Shown: piece after piece, positions 26,583 to 36,073 of the stretch
How the letters are laid out: each line of letters starts with the position of its first letter
Numbering within the stretch: the stretch's first letter is position 1
IMG/VR virus record: IMGVR_UViG_2834631226_000004
Coordinates: 12,363 to 76,362 of that record
DNA from: a virus
Taxonomy: Duplodnaviria; Caudoviricetes
Length of the DNA stretch: 64,000 bases
Direction: 5' to 3' (one strand)
Translations under genes and position numbers: made by a program
The notes under the pieces: model-generated
What the model saw: the letters and a program-made list of their open reading frames with translations, nothing else
What the model was told of the DNA's origin: nothing
Databases searched by the model: none

Positions 26583-27812
26583 TTATGCAGCGCGCGCTGC
26601 TGGCGTTGGCGCCGGAGTTTCGGTCTTCCCGAGCGTATCGAGGCGCGTCATCGTGCCGTTCACGATGGCCTTGTTGCCGCCGTCCACTGGCGCCTTGTCT
26701 TCGTAAGAGCGAGCCTCATCGACGAGGTAGATGCCGTTCGTGACCATCTTCGACAGGAATTCTGCTCGCGCCGTGCTGTCGCCGCGCAAGAGTTCTTCCA
26801 TGTTGAACTTCACCTTCGTGGTCTTCCTCGTCTTTGCGTCCAGCAAGTCACGATAAATTGCCGCTTCGATGCGCTTGAGCATCGGCCGCATGCAGGTTTT
26901 GGTGAATTGGAGGATCAGCTGCTCGATGCCGCTGCCCCAAGTCGTAGTGCCGTTTGCTGCGTGCCCGATCATAACGGGCGGCACACCGAAGATGCGGCAA
27001 ATTTGCTCTACACTGTACTGCCTCGCCTCAAGGAACTGTGCGTCCTTGGGGTTGATCGACATTGGATACGGCTTGAAACCGGCCTCCAATACCGTCACCC
27101 CGCCAGCCTTCTCGGCGCCGGCGAACTGCGTCAGCGTGTCGGATATCTGCTTTCGCTGCTCAGGCTTCAGGATTTGATCCGAGCTGACAATGAGCGACGA
27201 AAGCAGGCCGTTCTTGAACATCCGGCCGGCGACTTTCTCGCCCGCCAATGCGCTCCCGACTGTATTGCGCACAACGGCAATCGGCGACATGCCGCGATCA
27301 CAGCCAGGCAGCCGCACGCCGCGGACGTGAAACATCTTACCTTCGGGCACTCGACGCTTTTTGCCGTCTTCCGTCACCTCGTAGTATCGCGTGTTCCTGC
27401 CGTCTTTCGACCGGCACACATCGACGCTCAAGGGGTGAAGCGGGTTAAGCGCCACCAGGCGCTCGCCGTTCATCTTCTTTTCGGCGAAAAAGTTGCCGTC
27501 CAACAGCAAGCACATCGCCGCCATCGACCAGAACTCTGGCGCCGTGTCGTCCATGTTCGGCATGTCGTGCAGAAGCTCGTAAAGCGGAGCGTTCTTATCG
27601 ACCGTCACGCCGTCCTTGCCGTAAACGATGCAAGGAAGGGTGCCGGCCGCGTTCTGCACGAGGTTGACGCATGCCCAGACCGCATCAAGCGAAAGGGCGC
27701 TCTCAATCGTGACTGTCTCCCCGGACGTGGTGCCAAGGCCAAAGAAGCCTCGCCAGAACTCGCCGTCGGTGAGCTTGATAGGCCTTCCGACCCATCTCTC
27801 AAAAAAGCCCAT
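26583..27812 (-). CDS. Portal protein (HK97 family)
   Basis: LLHDMPN, ICRIFGVPP, LLRGD. Confidence 0.95.
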   Translation of the reverse strand: MGFFERWVGRPIKLTDGEFWRGFFGLGTTSGETVTIESALSLDAVWACVNLVQNAAGTLPCIVYGKDGVTVDKNAPLYELLHDMPNMDDTAPEFWSMAAMCLLLDGNFFAEKKMNGERLVALNPLHPLSVDVCRSKDGRNTRYYEVTEDGKKRRVPEGKMFHVRGVRLPGCDRGMSPIAVVRNTVGSALAGEKVAGRMFKNGLLSSLIVSSDQILKPEQRKQISDTLTQFAGAEKAGGVTVLEAGFKPYPMSINPKDAQFLEARQYSVEQICRIFGVPPVMIGHAANGTTTWGSGIEQLILQFTKTCMRPMLKRIEAAIYRDLLDAKTRKTTKVKFNMEELLRGDSTARAEFLSKMVTNGIYLVDEARSYEDKAPVDGGNKAIVNGTMTRLDTLGKTETPAPTPAARAA

Positions 27813-27836
27813 CAGGCCTCACCACTAGGTTGCCCG

Positions 27837-29498
27837 TCACCAGGTGACAGAGATGATATTGTTGACGAAGTCGTCCAGGTTGCCGCTATCGCCGCCCTCG
27901 TAGGTTCCGGCCATCGCCGTTGCCATTGCCAAGGCGACTGCGCCGTCGATGCGGCGTTCGCGATTGTGTTTGACGAGCTTTCGATTGCCGGCAGGATCCG
28001 CTTTGACGGTGGCGTTCATCATGCACATCGTCAGAACCGGGTGGTCGCCGTGGGCCAGATTGCCGTTCAGGATGATGCTCTCAAGCTCGCGAAGTGCCGG
28101 AGACATCGACTGGAAGCCCTGCCCGAAAGGCTGGAAAACAGCATCATCGCCCTCAAGCTGATCGTCCGTGAAGCCGGCCTTCTGCAGCCATGGCTTCAGA
28201 TGCCTGAAATTCCAGCGGTCAAACGCGATCTTGCGGATATCCATCTCTTCGAAACGGTCGCGCAGATAATGCGCAACGAACTCGTAGTCGACGGTTCTGC
28301 CTGGGGCGGCCTCGAGATGCCCATCCTTGTGCCACACATCGTACGGCACACGGTCGGCCTTAGCTTTCGCGCGTATGCCGTCGCCGGGCAGCCAGAACGT
28401 CGGCTTCACGTGCCAGATGGTTTTGCCTTCCTGCTCCTTCGGCGCCATGAGCATCAGAGCAGTCAGGTCGCTCACCTCAGAAAGGTCGAGCCCACCAAAT
28501 ACAGGGAGACCATCAAAGTCCACAACTCGAGCGTTGCACGCTCGCCAAATAGCCGGCGACACAAACGGAGCATTGGCATCGATCCTTTGATTGAGATGGA
28601 GCCAGCGAAAGCTGGCCTCCTCGGTCGGCATTCGTGCCGCGCGCTCCGCGTCGTCGCGAACCGATGAAACGGACTTGAACTTACCAAGCGCAGGGTTCGC
28701 GGCCTTCCACGCTTCCTCGTCGAGGACGTCGCAATCAGCAGGAGCCGTGTAGAGGTGCGAAACCGTTCGTGGTGCTTGTGACGTCTCGGCATCGTCCAGC
28801 CACCGCGAGAACAAGTCGCCGTCAGTTGCCGCTTGCGTCGAGATGGCGAAGATCATTGCCTTGTCGCCGTAAGCGCCTTGCGACGTCACGATCGCTTCGA
28901 CGAAGTCGTCGTGCGGGCCTTTGATCTGGCCGACCTCATCGAGGATAGCGACCAGTGGCGAACCGCCGTGCGCGCTCTTGGCTTCTGCAGAGCTGGCCTG
29001 GTATTCTACTGCTTTACTCAGGCCAACAATTGTTTTGCTGGAGGGCACAAGTCTGTATTTTTTGTTGAGCTCAGGAGACAGCAGAAGCATCTTGCTGGCG
29101 TAATTGTAGACCTCTGCCGCTTGTTTGCGCGACCGAGCGCCCGACATCATACGGCTGTTTGGAAACGCCTCAGGCCCCACGATATGAGCCAACAGAAGAC
29201 ATGCTATTGTTGCCGTCTTCGAATTCTTGCGTGCAATCGACAGGTACGCCCTGCCCGTTCCATGAGGGTTGTCGTAAACCGCCAGGATAAAGCACTCTTG
29301 GAAGTCAAGAAGTCTGATAGGTTGGCCGACAAGATCCCCCTCCGGGACAACCAAAAAACCCTCGATAAATCGGCATACCTTCTCACCTCGCGTAAGCTCG
29401 CCGACCGGAAGTCTGCGCCAGTCCCGCCTTACGGGGATGGGACCGCTCTTAATCGCCTCCAAAACACTTGGCGGCCAACTCAGATTTTGGCCGGTCAT
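27837..29498 (-). CDS. Terminase large subunit
   Basis: ARKNSKT Walker A, ILDEV, GLDLS, RIDGAVA. Confidence 0.95.
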   Translation of the reverse strand: MTGQNLSWPPSVLEAIKSGPIPVRRDWRRLPVGELTRGEKVCRFIEGFLVVPEGDLVGQPIRLLDFQECFILAVYDNPHGTGRAYLSIARKNSKTATIACLLLAHIVGPEAFPNSRMMSGARSRKQAAEVYNYASKMLLLSPELNKKYRLVPSSKTIVGLSKAVEYQASSAEAKSAHGGSPLVAILDEVGQIKGPHDDFVEAIVTSQGAYGDKAMIFAISTQAATDGDLFSRWLDDAETSQAPRTVSHLYTAPADCDVLDEEAWKAANPALGKFKSVSSVRDDAERAARMPTEEASFRWLHLNQRIDANAPFVSPAIWRACNARVVDFDGLPVFGGLDLSEVSDLTALMLMAPKEQEGKTIWHVKPTFWLPGDGIRAKAKADRVPYDVWHKDGHLEAAPGRTVDYEFVAHYLRDRFEEMDIRKIAFDRWNFRHLKPWLQKAGFTDDQLEGDDAVFQPFGQGFQSMSPALRELESIILNGNLAHGDHPVLTMCMMNATVKADPAGNRKLVKHNRERRIDGAVALAMATAMAGTYEGGDSGNLDDFVNNIISVTW

Positions 29499-29512
29499 GC
29501 ATTAGGCTCCAA

Positions 29513-29968
29513 TCACGCAAGCAAATCGCTGTCTGATCTAACTCCCGCCTCAATCTCCTTGGCCTGGTCTCGACGCTTGGCAGCGTCCCTCGCCTCGCCC
29601 TGTACGGCTCGCGCATGCAGCGCCAGCGATCGGCGGAACGAAAGAATGGAAGAAGCGTGCATCTGGACCACGGACTTGCGCGGATTGGCCACGGGCGTGC
29701 CTTTCTCGGTGACTGCGACCGAACCTTCGGTGCGGAGCATGTCCTGCTCCCTCACAAGGTCGGCCATTGTGCGAGCAAGCATCGCGGCAATCTCAAGCTG
29801 GTGCGCCGACCAATCGGCGCGGGCGTATTCTGCGATGACGTTCTTGAAAAACGGGACGTCACAGTCGTCGAGCGGCACGTTTTCGGGAAACTGGATATCC
29901 TCAGATGCCGCCGAAGCAATCCTTATGGCCTCATCAACGCTGTCGACGCGGCTTTTCTTCTCAGACAT
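29513..29968 (-). CDS. Terminase small subunit (P27 family)
   Basis: GTPVANPRK..; upstream of TerL. Confidence 0.85.
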   Translation of the reverse strand: MSEKKSRVDSVDEAIRIASAASEDIQFPENVPLDDCDVPFFKNVIAEYARADWSAHQLEIAAMLARTMADLVREQDMLRTEGSVAVTEKGTPVANPRKSVVQMHASSILSFRRSLALHARAVQGEARDAAKRRDQAKEIEAGVRSDSDLLA

Positions 29969-30009
29969 GCGGAATCCCCTCGCGCACGCGCGCTTGCGCA
30001 CGCGCTAGG

Positions 30010-30090
30010 CAAAAATCTGTGTTTGCATTTGAATTGCGTTACCCCGCCGGTCCTGCGGTGGGCGGTCGGCCACTTTCGAGGCACCCCCTA
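30010..30090. other. Probable cos region
   Basis: Noncoding gap between packaging HNH and terS; minus-strand GGGGG..CGAAAGT..GGACCG; exact end not determinable. Confidence 0.45.
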
Positions 30091-30408
30091 GCCACCGACA
30101 TCGACAGGATATCCATCGACACCAATGACCACGGCCTGCTGGCCTCGCTCGATGCGAGCCTTCAGCTTGTCGTGGCATGGAGCGCAAAGTGATTGGAGGT
30201 TCGATGGGTCGTAAAACAAAGCCTCGTCGCCCTTGTGCGGCTCGATATGGTCACACACCGTAGCTTCAGTGACATCCTCAATGGCCAGGCAGAACCGACA
30301 CAAGGGCTCGGCAGCAAGCTGAGCCTCGCGCAGTCGCGCCCATCGTGCCGTCTTGTAGAGGCGACGGTAAAGTGCAGCTTCTGCTGAGCGCCCGTAGGGT
30401 TTGAACAT
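30088..30408 (-). CDS. Packaging-associated HNH endonuclease (HK97 gp74-like)
   Basis: PLCRFC..VCDHIEPH..NLQSLCAPCH. Confidence 0.9.
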   Translation of the reverse strand: MFKPYGRSAEAALYRRLYKTARWARLREAQLAAEPLCRFCLAIEDVTEATVCDHIEPHKGDEALFYDPSNLQSLCAPCHDKLKARIERGQQAVVIGVDGYPVDVGG

Positions 30409-30472
30409 TGCACTACACCCTTATGACGTGCAATGTTCAATGCTGGGTAGACATTGAGCTGGGGCAAGCAAG

Positions 30473-30682
30473 ATGGGTGTCTTTACAGAAGAAGAGATTG
30501 CAGCAGAACTTAGTCGGCGCAGTAACGAAACGGCCAAGATCGAAGCGGACCGAGCCGAAAAGGCGCGCCAGGATGAATTAAGCCGATGCGACACCGTATG
30601 CTTGATGTGCTGCACGCCGGTTGTCTCGTACCTGACGACCGACCCAGAGAACCCTCTGTGCGACGTCTGCCTTGGTGACTAG
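30473..30682 (+). CDS. Small Cys-rich hypothetical moron
   Basis: Opposite-strand ORF; CxxxC/CxxC. Confidence 0.5.
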   Translation: MGVFTEEEIAAELSRRSNETAKIEADRAEKARQDELSRCDTVCLMCCTPVVSYLTTDPENPLCDVCLGD

Positions 30683-30887
30683 CTGAACCAAGCAGAAAGC
30701 AAAAGCGGCCCGCTCAACCAGCAAAGGGAACGGGCCGCACGATCACCATGCAAGCGGAGGAGAACGCGCATGGGATTGGGAAGGAACGTGCACCCGCAGA
30801 TGCACGCGTTGCGCCAAGGACGCGAAGCAAGGAACGACCGGAAAGCCCCAATCTTCTCAGGAGTTACAATTTCCTGCCTTGCTGAGT

Positions 30888-30964
30888 TGGTTGCGGAGGT
30901 GAGATTTGAACTCACGGCCTTCAGGTTATGAGCCTGACGAGCTACCATACTGCTCTACTCCACG
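30888..30964 (-). tRNA. tRNA-fMet (CAT), CCA encoded
   Basis: CGTGGAGTAGAGCAG..TCAGGCTCATAACCTGA..GTTCAAATC..GCAACCA; C1:A72 mismatch. Confidence 0.95.
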
Positions 30965-31189
30965 TGATAGTTACCCGCCCACCACTGCGCGTCCACAGCG
31001 GATGCCTGTCAATTCAGGGCCAAGCTTGCAAGCAGAGGGTTGGGGCGTGATAGTTACCCAAAGCTCAGAGGCTGCAGCGAATGCAGCATGGCGATGGGTC
31101 CGACGCATAGCGCTCGGAATGTTGTGGGGTTCGCAACTACGTTGCGCCACCCCTTCACATTACTCTCTCCGAGATCGCGGAAAGGGACG

Positions 31190-32095
31190 TTACGAAGCCG
31201 CCTTTCGCAGTGCTGCCATCAGATTATCGTTTGCGGCCATCAGTCGGCGCTTCCCTTGCCGTTCCGCTTGTTTGCCTTGGTGGCCAGCCTTCAAGCCGAT
31301 ATCAGCCATGTTTCTCGCAGTCCTTGCCGCTTCCAGGGTCGCCCTGTCTTCGTCCTTCAGCTCGTCAACCGCATCGAACCACTCCTTGCGATCAGCCATC
31401 GCAGTGACGATGTCCTGCCACATCATTGAGCCGCCGCCAGCGCATGTGGTCTTTTGCATTCCCAGAAAGCTATCTGAGATCCTGGCTGAGCCACACGGAA
31501 GACCATCGGGGCATCGGGTGAACGTAACCTTGCTCATGTCGGTGTTGGCGTAAGCCTTGGCTAGCTCCGCTCGCGCCTCGTCCGCCGTCATCCTCACACG
31601 CGGACCTTTGTGCTTTTTTCCGGTAAGGTATCTGGCCTTCTTCGTGTCGAGCATGTCGGCGAAGTATTGGTTGCTGTCGGTGACCTCTTGCGGATTGTCG
31701 TCTCCGCCTAACGCAACATCCACCTTGTCGCGAGATCCAAGCATGGCACCGGCCGGCATCCTTGCCGCGTACTCCTCAACGCCACCGTCGATGGTGAGAC
31801 GGTACGCTTTCTCCGTCTGAGTGCCATCGCTAAACCGCAGCCGTCCGATACGTACCACCTGCCCCGCTTCGTTGCGCTCAACCTCGCCTGTTGCCACGTT
31901 CTTCATGATCTCGGCGACCGATGGGGTAACCAGCCTTTTGCGATCGTGCTTCAGGTCTTCGATTTCATCCGGGTTGTTGTCATTCGCTGGAACGACAGAC
32001 CAATTGGTCTGTAGCGGCTCGGGCTGATGATCTGGTTCGGTGGCGAAGCGTCGCACCGCCGCGAGCTGCTCTGCAAGTGATCCGTGTCTGGTCAT
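31190..32095 (-). CDS. Hypothetical protein at late-activator (Q) position
   Basis: ORF with RBS, last early gene before the late operon; helical C-terminus. Confidence 0.7.
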   Translation of the reverse strand: MTRHGSLAEQLAAVRRFATEPDHQPEPLQTNWSVVPANDNNPDEIEDLKHDRKRLVTPSVAEIMKNVATGEVERNEAGQVVRIGRLRFSDGTQTEKAYRLTIDGGVEEYAARMPAGAMLGSRDKVDVALGGDDNPQEVTDSNQYFADMLDTKKARYLTGKKHKGPRVRMTADEARAELAKAYANTDMSKVTFTRCPDGLPCGSARISDSFLGMQKTTCAGGGSMMWQDIVTAMADRKEWFDAVDELKDEDRATLEAARTARNMADIGLKAGHQGKQAERQGKRRLMAANDNLMAALRKAAS

Positions 32096-32136
32096 ATCGT
32101 CTCCCCTTCTGTGGTGATGGCGCTTGGTAGGCGCCA

Positions 32137-32601
32137 TTACTGCTGCTTGGTGTTGTCGTTATCGGCCAGCCATCCTTTGACGAGCGTCACCGCTTTGCTG
32201 GCCGCTTCTGTCGTGGATGTGAACCGCACCACCTCCACTGGGTGCCCGAGCCGCGCCAGCGACGTATGCCGCTCAACCTGAGCCGGCGACAGCCTGCCTT
32301 TGCCGACCTTGTTTTCGATCATCCGCAGCGCGCCGCCATTGAGGTAAATCCGCAGGTCAGCTTCGCCCGGCGTCATGCCGGTTGCGATCGCGTCGGCCTG
32401 AGCACGTGGGCCGCGCTTCGCGCTGTTCATGTCGCCAGCAAGCAGGAACTGGCGGCCGTACTCCGGCAGCGACCGCAGGGCGCGAACCTGGGCCGCCTGC
32501 CCCTCGCTTTCCTTGATGGGTGCGTCTGCGACGGTGACTTTGCCTGTCGCGGTCGTACGGATGACGACGCGCTTGCCGTTGATGCGGGTGGTTTGCTGCA
32601 T
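32137..32601 (-). CDS. VRR-NUC domain nuclease
   Basis: GEADLRIY..IENKVGKGRLSPAQ. Confidence 0.85.
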   Translation of the reverse strand: MQQTTRINGKRVVIRTTATGKVTVADAPIKESEGQAAQVRALRSLPEYGRQFLLAGDMNSAKRGPRAQADAIATGMTPGEADLRIYLNGGALRMIENKVGKGRLSPAQVERHTSLARLGHPVEVVRFTSTTEAASKAVTLVKGWLADNDNTKQQ

Positions 32602-32709
32602 ACTGGCCTCCTGGTGGTGCGGTGTCGTGGTGGCGACACACATACTTTCCGAGAGAGGAGCGAAAACGGGTAGTGGATTTTGAGAAATATTTTTGGGTGA
32701 GCATCAGGT

Positions 32710-32897
32710 TGCACTCGGACCGCCCTTCTGCCCGGTGCACGTTGCCCGAATAAATCATCTTGAGAACCGTGCGCGCGGCACACCGCCCTGCACGGTTGCA
32801 CGTGTAGGGGTATATATAAATATATACCCTACTAAACGTGCACTAACCGGGCAGCGCTGTGCGGGTGTCTCCGCCCGGATGTGCACAGTTACTGCAC
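32710..32897. repeat. TGCAC repeat cluster with AT-rich palindrome (candidate origin)
   Basis: 7 TGCAC copies; GTAGGG-G-TATATA-TAAA-TATATA-CCCTAC at 32804-32832. Confidence 0.55.
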
Positions 32898-32937
32898 GGA
32901 TAGAATTTTGGTATCCGTGCAAACTTTAACGCGAATT

Positions 32938-33348
32938 TTATGATGCGTCTTGGTTGTATTGCTGATTGTCGTTTGCGGCCTCGGTCTCGTACCAAAACTC
33001 GTGTAGATCGACGCCATCGAAGATGTTGAAGTTGTGATGGATGAGCCAAGAAATTTGCTTAACGGTGAAATGCGGCGCAGCGCCCTGCGCCGTCAGGCGC
33101 GTTATAGTTTTTTGATATCGCCACTCGTCGATAGTCTTATCGCTCTTTTCAGAATTGCATTGTGCGCACGAGGGTACGAGGTTTTCCAGCCTGTTCGAGC
33201 CGCCGCGTGACGAAGGAATCGCATGGTCAATGTGATACTTCTCGCCGAAATTCACCCCGCAATAATAGCAAAAACCACCCGTTTTTCTAAGCACCGCCTC
33301 CTGTACCAGAGGTCTAACGGCGTGCCACGGCATAGTTGCGTAAGTCAT
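32938..33348 (-). CDS. HNH endonuclease
   Basis: CYYCG..HIDHAIP..GG.N..NLVPSCAQCN. Confidence 0.88.
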   Translation of the reverse strand: MTYATMPWHAVRPLVQEAVLRKTGGFCYYCGVNFGEKYHIDHAIPSSRGGSNRLENLVPSCAQCNSEKSDKTIDEWRYQKTITRLTAQGAAPHFTVKQISWLIHHNFNIFDGVDLHEFWYETEAANDNQQYNQDAS

Positions 33349-33560
33349 TAAGCCTCCTTCGGCCAATCTTTCGGCCTATATCCTTCATCGTAAGCCATCA
33401 TCAGCAGAGCGACGTGCGTTGGTATTTGGCGTGGGTTCTTTTCGCGCTCATAAGTGCTGACTGTGAGCGCTGTGGCGTACTGTAGAACACGCGAAAGCTG
33501 GGCCTGCGTGAGGCCCAGTCTCTGTCGGATTGCGCGGAATTCGGTGTTGGTCATTGTCAT
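33348..33560 (-). CDS. XRE-family HTH protein (copy 1)
   Basis: EFRAIRQRLGLTQAQLS..AYDEGYRP. Confidence 0.85.
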   Translation of the reverse strand: MTMTNTEFRAIRQRLGLTQAQLSRVLQYATALTVSTYEREKNPRQIPTHVALLMMAYDEGYRPKDWPKEA

Positions 33561-34192
33561 GAAGGTACAGCGTTCGCAAAGTCATATACTGCGGTTCGCC
33601 TGCTTCTTTCCATCCATACGTCGAGATCAGCGACCATGTATCGTACGTTTCCGCCTATCTTGTGGTAAACTGGGCCGCTGCCATTAAGGCGAGTTTTGTC
33701 AAGCCAAGATTTTGATTTACCTAGATATTTTGCCGCATCGGAAGTGGTCATTGTTGACGACTTATCTTGTTTTAGTCGAACCATTCCTGTGATGCTTGAT
33801 TGATCTGCAGGTTCGGCAAATGCACTTTCTTCGACAAGCCTTCTTCGCTTCATGGCCACGACCAAAGCGTCAACCTCTTTGGCAAAATCACCCCGAGTGA
33901 AGAAAGCCTCGTAGAGTTCATCTATCATTTCTACAGTAACGGAGAACCACTCAAGCATCACATTTTCAGATCTGAACTCCTGATGGCAAGCTCTCTCGAA
34001 ATCTCTCGCGTCATCTTCTGATAAGAACTTCCATTTCTTTTTTATATGCAAGCGATACGGGTTGCCGGTCTGTAGACCATTAAGGCGCGACTCCGCGTTT
34101 CTCGCTATGCCGATCTTGATTATTTTCTCGAACCCAGGGTGGCTGGCGTGCATACCAATGGCGTAAACATAACACGTTTGACCAATTGTCAT
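33557..34192 (-). CDS. GIY-YIG (T5orf172-like) + C-terminal HTH_17 protein
   Basis: YVYAIG..IKIGIAR..RLNGLQTGNPY; MTTSDAAKYLG..GPVYHKIG. Confidence 0.8.
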   Translation of the reverse strand: MTIGQTCYVYAIGMHASHPGFEKIIKIGIARNAESRLNGLQTGNPYRLHIKKKWKFLSEDDARDFERACHQEFRSENVMLEWFSVTVEMIDELYEAFFTRGDFAKEVDALVVAMKRRRLVEESAFAEPADQSSITGMVRLKQDKSSTMTTSDAAKYLGKSKSWLDKTRLNGSGPVYHKIGGNVRYMVADLDVWMERSRRTAVYDFANAVPS

Positions 34193-34230
34193 TCAAGTCT
34201 CCTCTTGTGGCGTGGTGTTGGTAAATACAC

Positions 34231-34258
34231 ATATAGGCTTATACGCCTAGTAAGTCAA
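34231..34258 (-). promoter_or_regulatory. Consensus rhizobial sigma70 promoter with TAGGC-N6-GCCTA palindrome
   Basis: Minus strand TTGAC-N17-CTATAT. Confidence 0.75.
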
Positions 34259-34488
34259 TACGCCTACAAAAGAAAAAGAGACAGAAGCCCCGCTTATTCA
34301 CCTGGATGTTTGCACGTCATGATGTTTTCTCTCTATTGAAAAATTCCATAACCGCCGGGCGACCGAACCCAACAAAAAAAGGCCGGTGCATCGCTGCCCC
34401 AGCCTTCCTGTAGCTATCGCCCCTGCCAGTACATCCGTGGTCGACGATAAAGCCGACGCGCTCAACGCGCTGCCATGGAAGTCCTAAC

Positions 34489-35919
34489 TCAGATGGTGGC
34501 GTCTGGTTCCTTATCATCGCTGGTCGCGGGCTTCCGCCAAGACGGCTTCTTGCCCTTTTCCTTCGGGGTCTGCTCGAGTTGACCCCGCTCTCTCAGTCTA
34601 TAAAACACAGACTTCATTGAGTTTTCTGACTTGATGCCGGTTAGTTCGCGCGCGATCAGGTTCGTGATCTCAGGTTCATCTTTTAGGTAGTCCATTACCA
34701 TTTGCTCTGGCGACGCCAGGCTCTCATGCCGCAAAACAACCAACACAGACTGATCAGTCTCGCTGATTTGAGGCGGTTTGAGCCTTAGTTTTCCCATAGC
34801 TTCAAAGGCGGTTTTTACTCCCTCACCGACATCTTTGTTGGGCGGGTTTTTGAACTTGTTTATAAGGCGAACAAGCTTTGCGTTTCGCGCGAACTGCGTT
34901 TTTGTAATGTTCGCGGGAGTGACGTGTCCAGGAAGTCGCCCGGGGCTCTCGATTTCGACCCGATTGTCGAAGATTCGGATCTGCACGTCGGATGCGACGC
35001 TGTAGTCCCTGTGAAGTACGGCGTTGGTAACTATTTCATGGAGAGCTTCTTCCGGATAGGAGACTTTTTCCATCTTCTCCTCTCCAAGCTTCTCCATGCC
35101 TTCAACGATCTGCTTAACCTGATCAACAGCATCATATATTAAGCTGTATATCGGCCCCTCGATCGTTACAGGATCAAAGGCTAAGAAGTCCCTCTCCGCT
35201 TCTTTTTTTGTTTGGTACCTCAGTATTTTTATCGCAGATCTTTTTGGCAGTATCGACTGTGGGTTATCCGAGAACAGAAGTATACCAGCCACGGTGGGTC
35301 GATCACCGGTGATAACTCTCTGCTTTGTCAACCACTCAAGTGGCTCACCGGTGGGGATTGCGTCCAACAGGAACTCAAGGATTGCAACCGAATTGGTTAT
35401 CTCTTCAACTTCAATATTTACGGGCTCATCCTCGAAAGACCTAACGCCCTTGTCATACTTTAGGCGATCAACGGCCTCTGCCCCAGAAAGAGGGAGACTC
35501 TGGGCGTTTCGTCTAACGTAAATTTTGCCATCCGTAGCTGAGATGATTTCTTGTGACTTGAAAATGTTTATGTGAAGCACAAGGCCCGAGTGATCTTTCG
35601 CTCGAAAGAATTCCGCTGTGTAATTGTTGGCAAGCGGCCCTAAAGACTCCATTACCTGAAAGATCGGGTTACAGGCCTCCTGATCGGCAAACCCCTTCCA
35701 CAAGCGCTCTTTGCCGTCGGCGCTGATTACTTCCTCAATCCCGATATACACGTCTCCTCCACCGGTGTTGGCGAATGCAGAAAAGGTTTTTGTTAATTTA
35801 GAGGGTAAAATTTCTGCACTTTTAAGATCGGCGAAATGGCCCTCACTCATTTGTAAAAGGTCGGACACCCTGTCCGGATCAATATCAACAATTTCGAATG
35901 TCATTCCCATTTGCCCCAC
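34489..35919 (-). CDS. Schlafen/AlbA_2 + RecG-C (HATPase_c_4-like) + wHTH protein
   Basis: DLKS..SAFANTGGGDVYIGI; EIVTNAVLHRDY..IFDNRVEIESPG; low GC. Confidence 0.85.
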   Translation of the reverse strand: MGQMGMTFEIVDIDPDRVSDLLQMSEGHFADLKSAEILPSKLTKTFSAFANTGGGDVYIGIEEVISADGKERLWKGFADQEACNPIFQVMESLGPLANNYTAEFFRAKDHSGLVLHINIFKSQEIISATDGKIYVRRNAQSLPLSGAEAVDRLKYDKGVRSFEDEPVNIEVEEITNSVAILEFLLDAIPTGEPLEWLTKQRVITGDRPTVAGILLFSDNPQSILPKRSAIKILRYQTKKEAERDFLAFDPVTIEGPIYSLIYDAVDQVKQIVEGMEKLGEEKMEKVSYPEEALHEIVTNAVLHRDYSVASDVQIRIFDNRVEIESPGRLPGHVTPANITKTQFARNAKLVRLINKFKNPPNKDVGEGVKTAFEAMGKLRLKPPQISETDQSVLVVLRHESLASPEQMVMDYLKDEPEITNLIARELTGIKSENSMKSVFYRLRERGQLEQTPKEKGKKPSWRKPATSDDKEPDATI

Positions 35920-36073
35920 ATCGATTCACCGGTGAAACTGCACTAAAGTGAATAACGCAAATTTTTACAACCGGAATTTGACGCAGCGCCACTCAAAGTA
36001 TACCTCCCGCAATGTTAAAGCCGCCAACCCAAAAAATGGCCGCGGCTCTATTTTTCGTAACATACGGCAAATC

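Noticed and set aside
26559-28667. 702-aa plus-strand ORF and other long antisense ORFs
   Set aside because: Antisense shadows of portal/terminase and other genes in GC-rich DNA; no motifs
30888-30964. Aberrant initiator tRNA (A29-U41 instead of a third G-C pair)
   Set aside because: This variant is known in rhizobial initiator tRNAs
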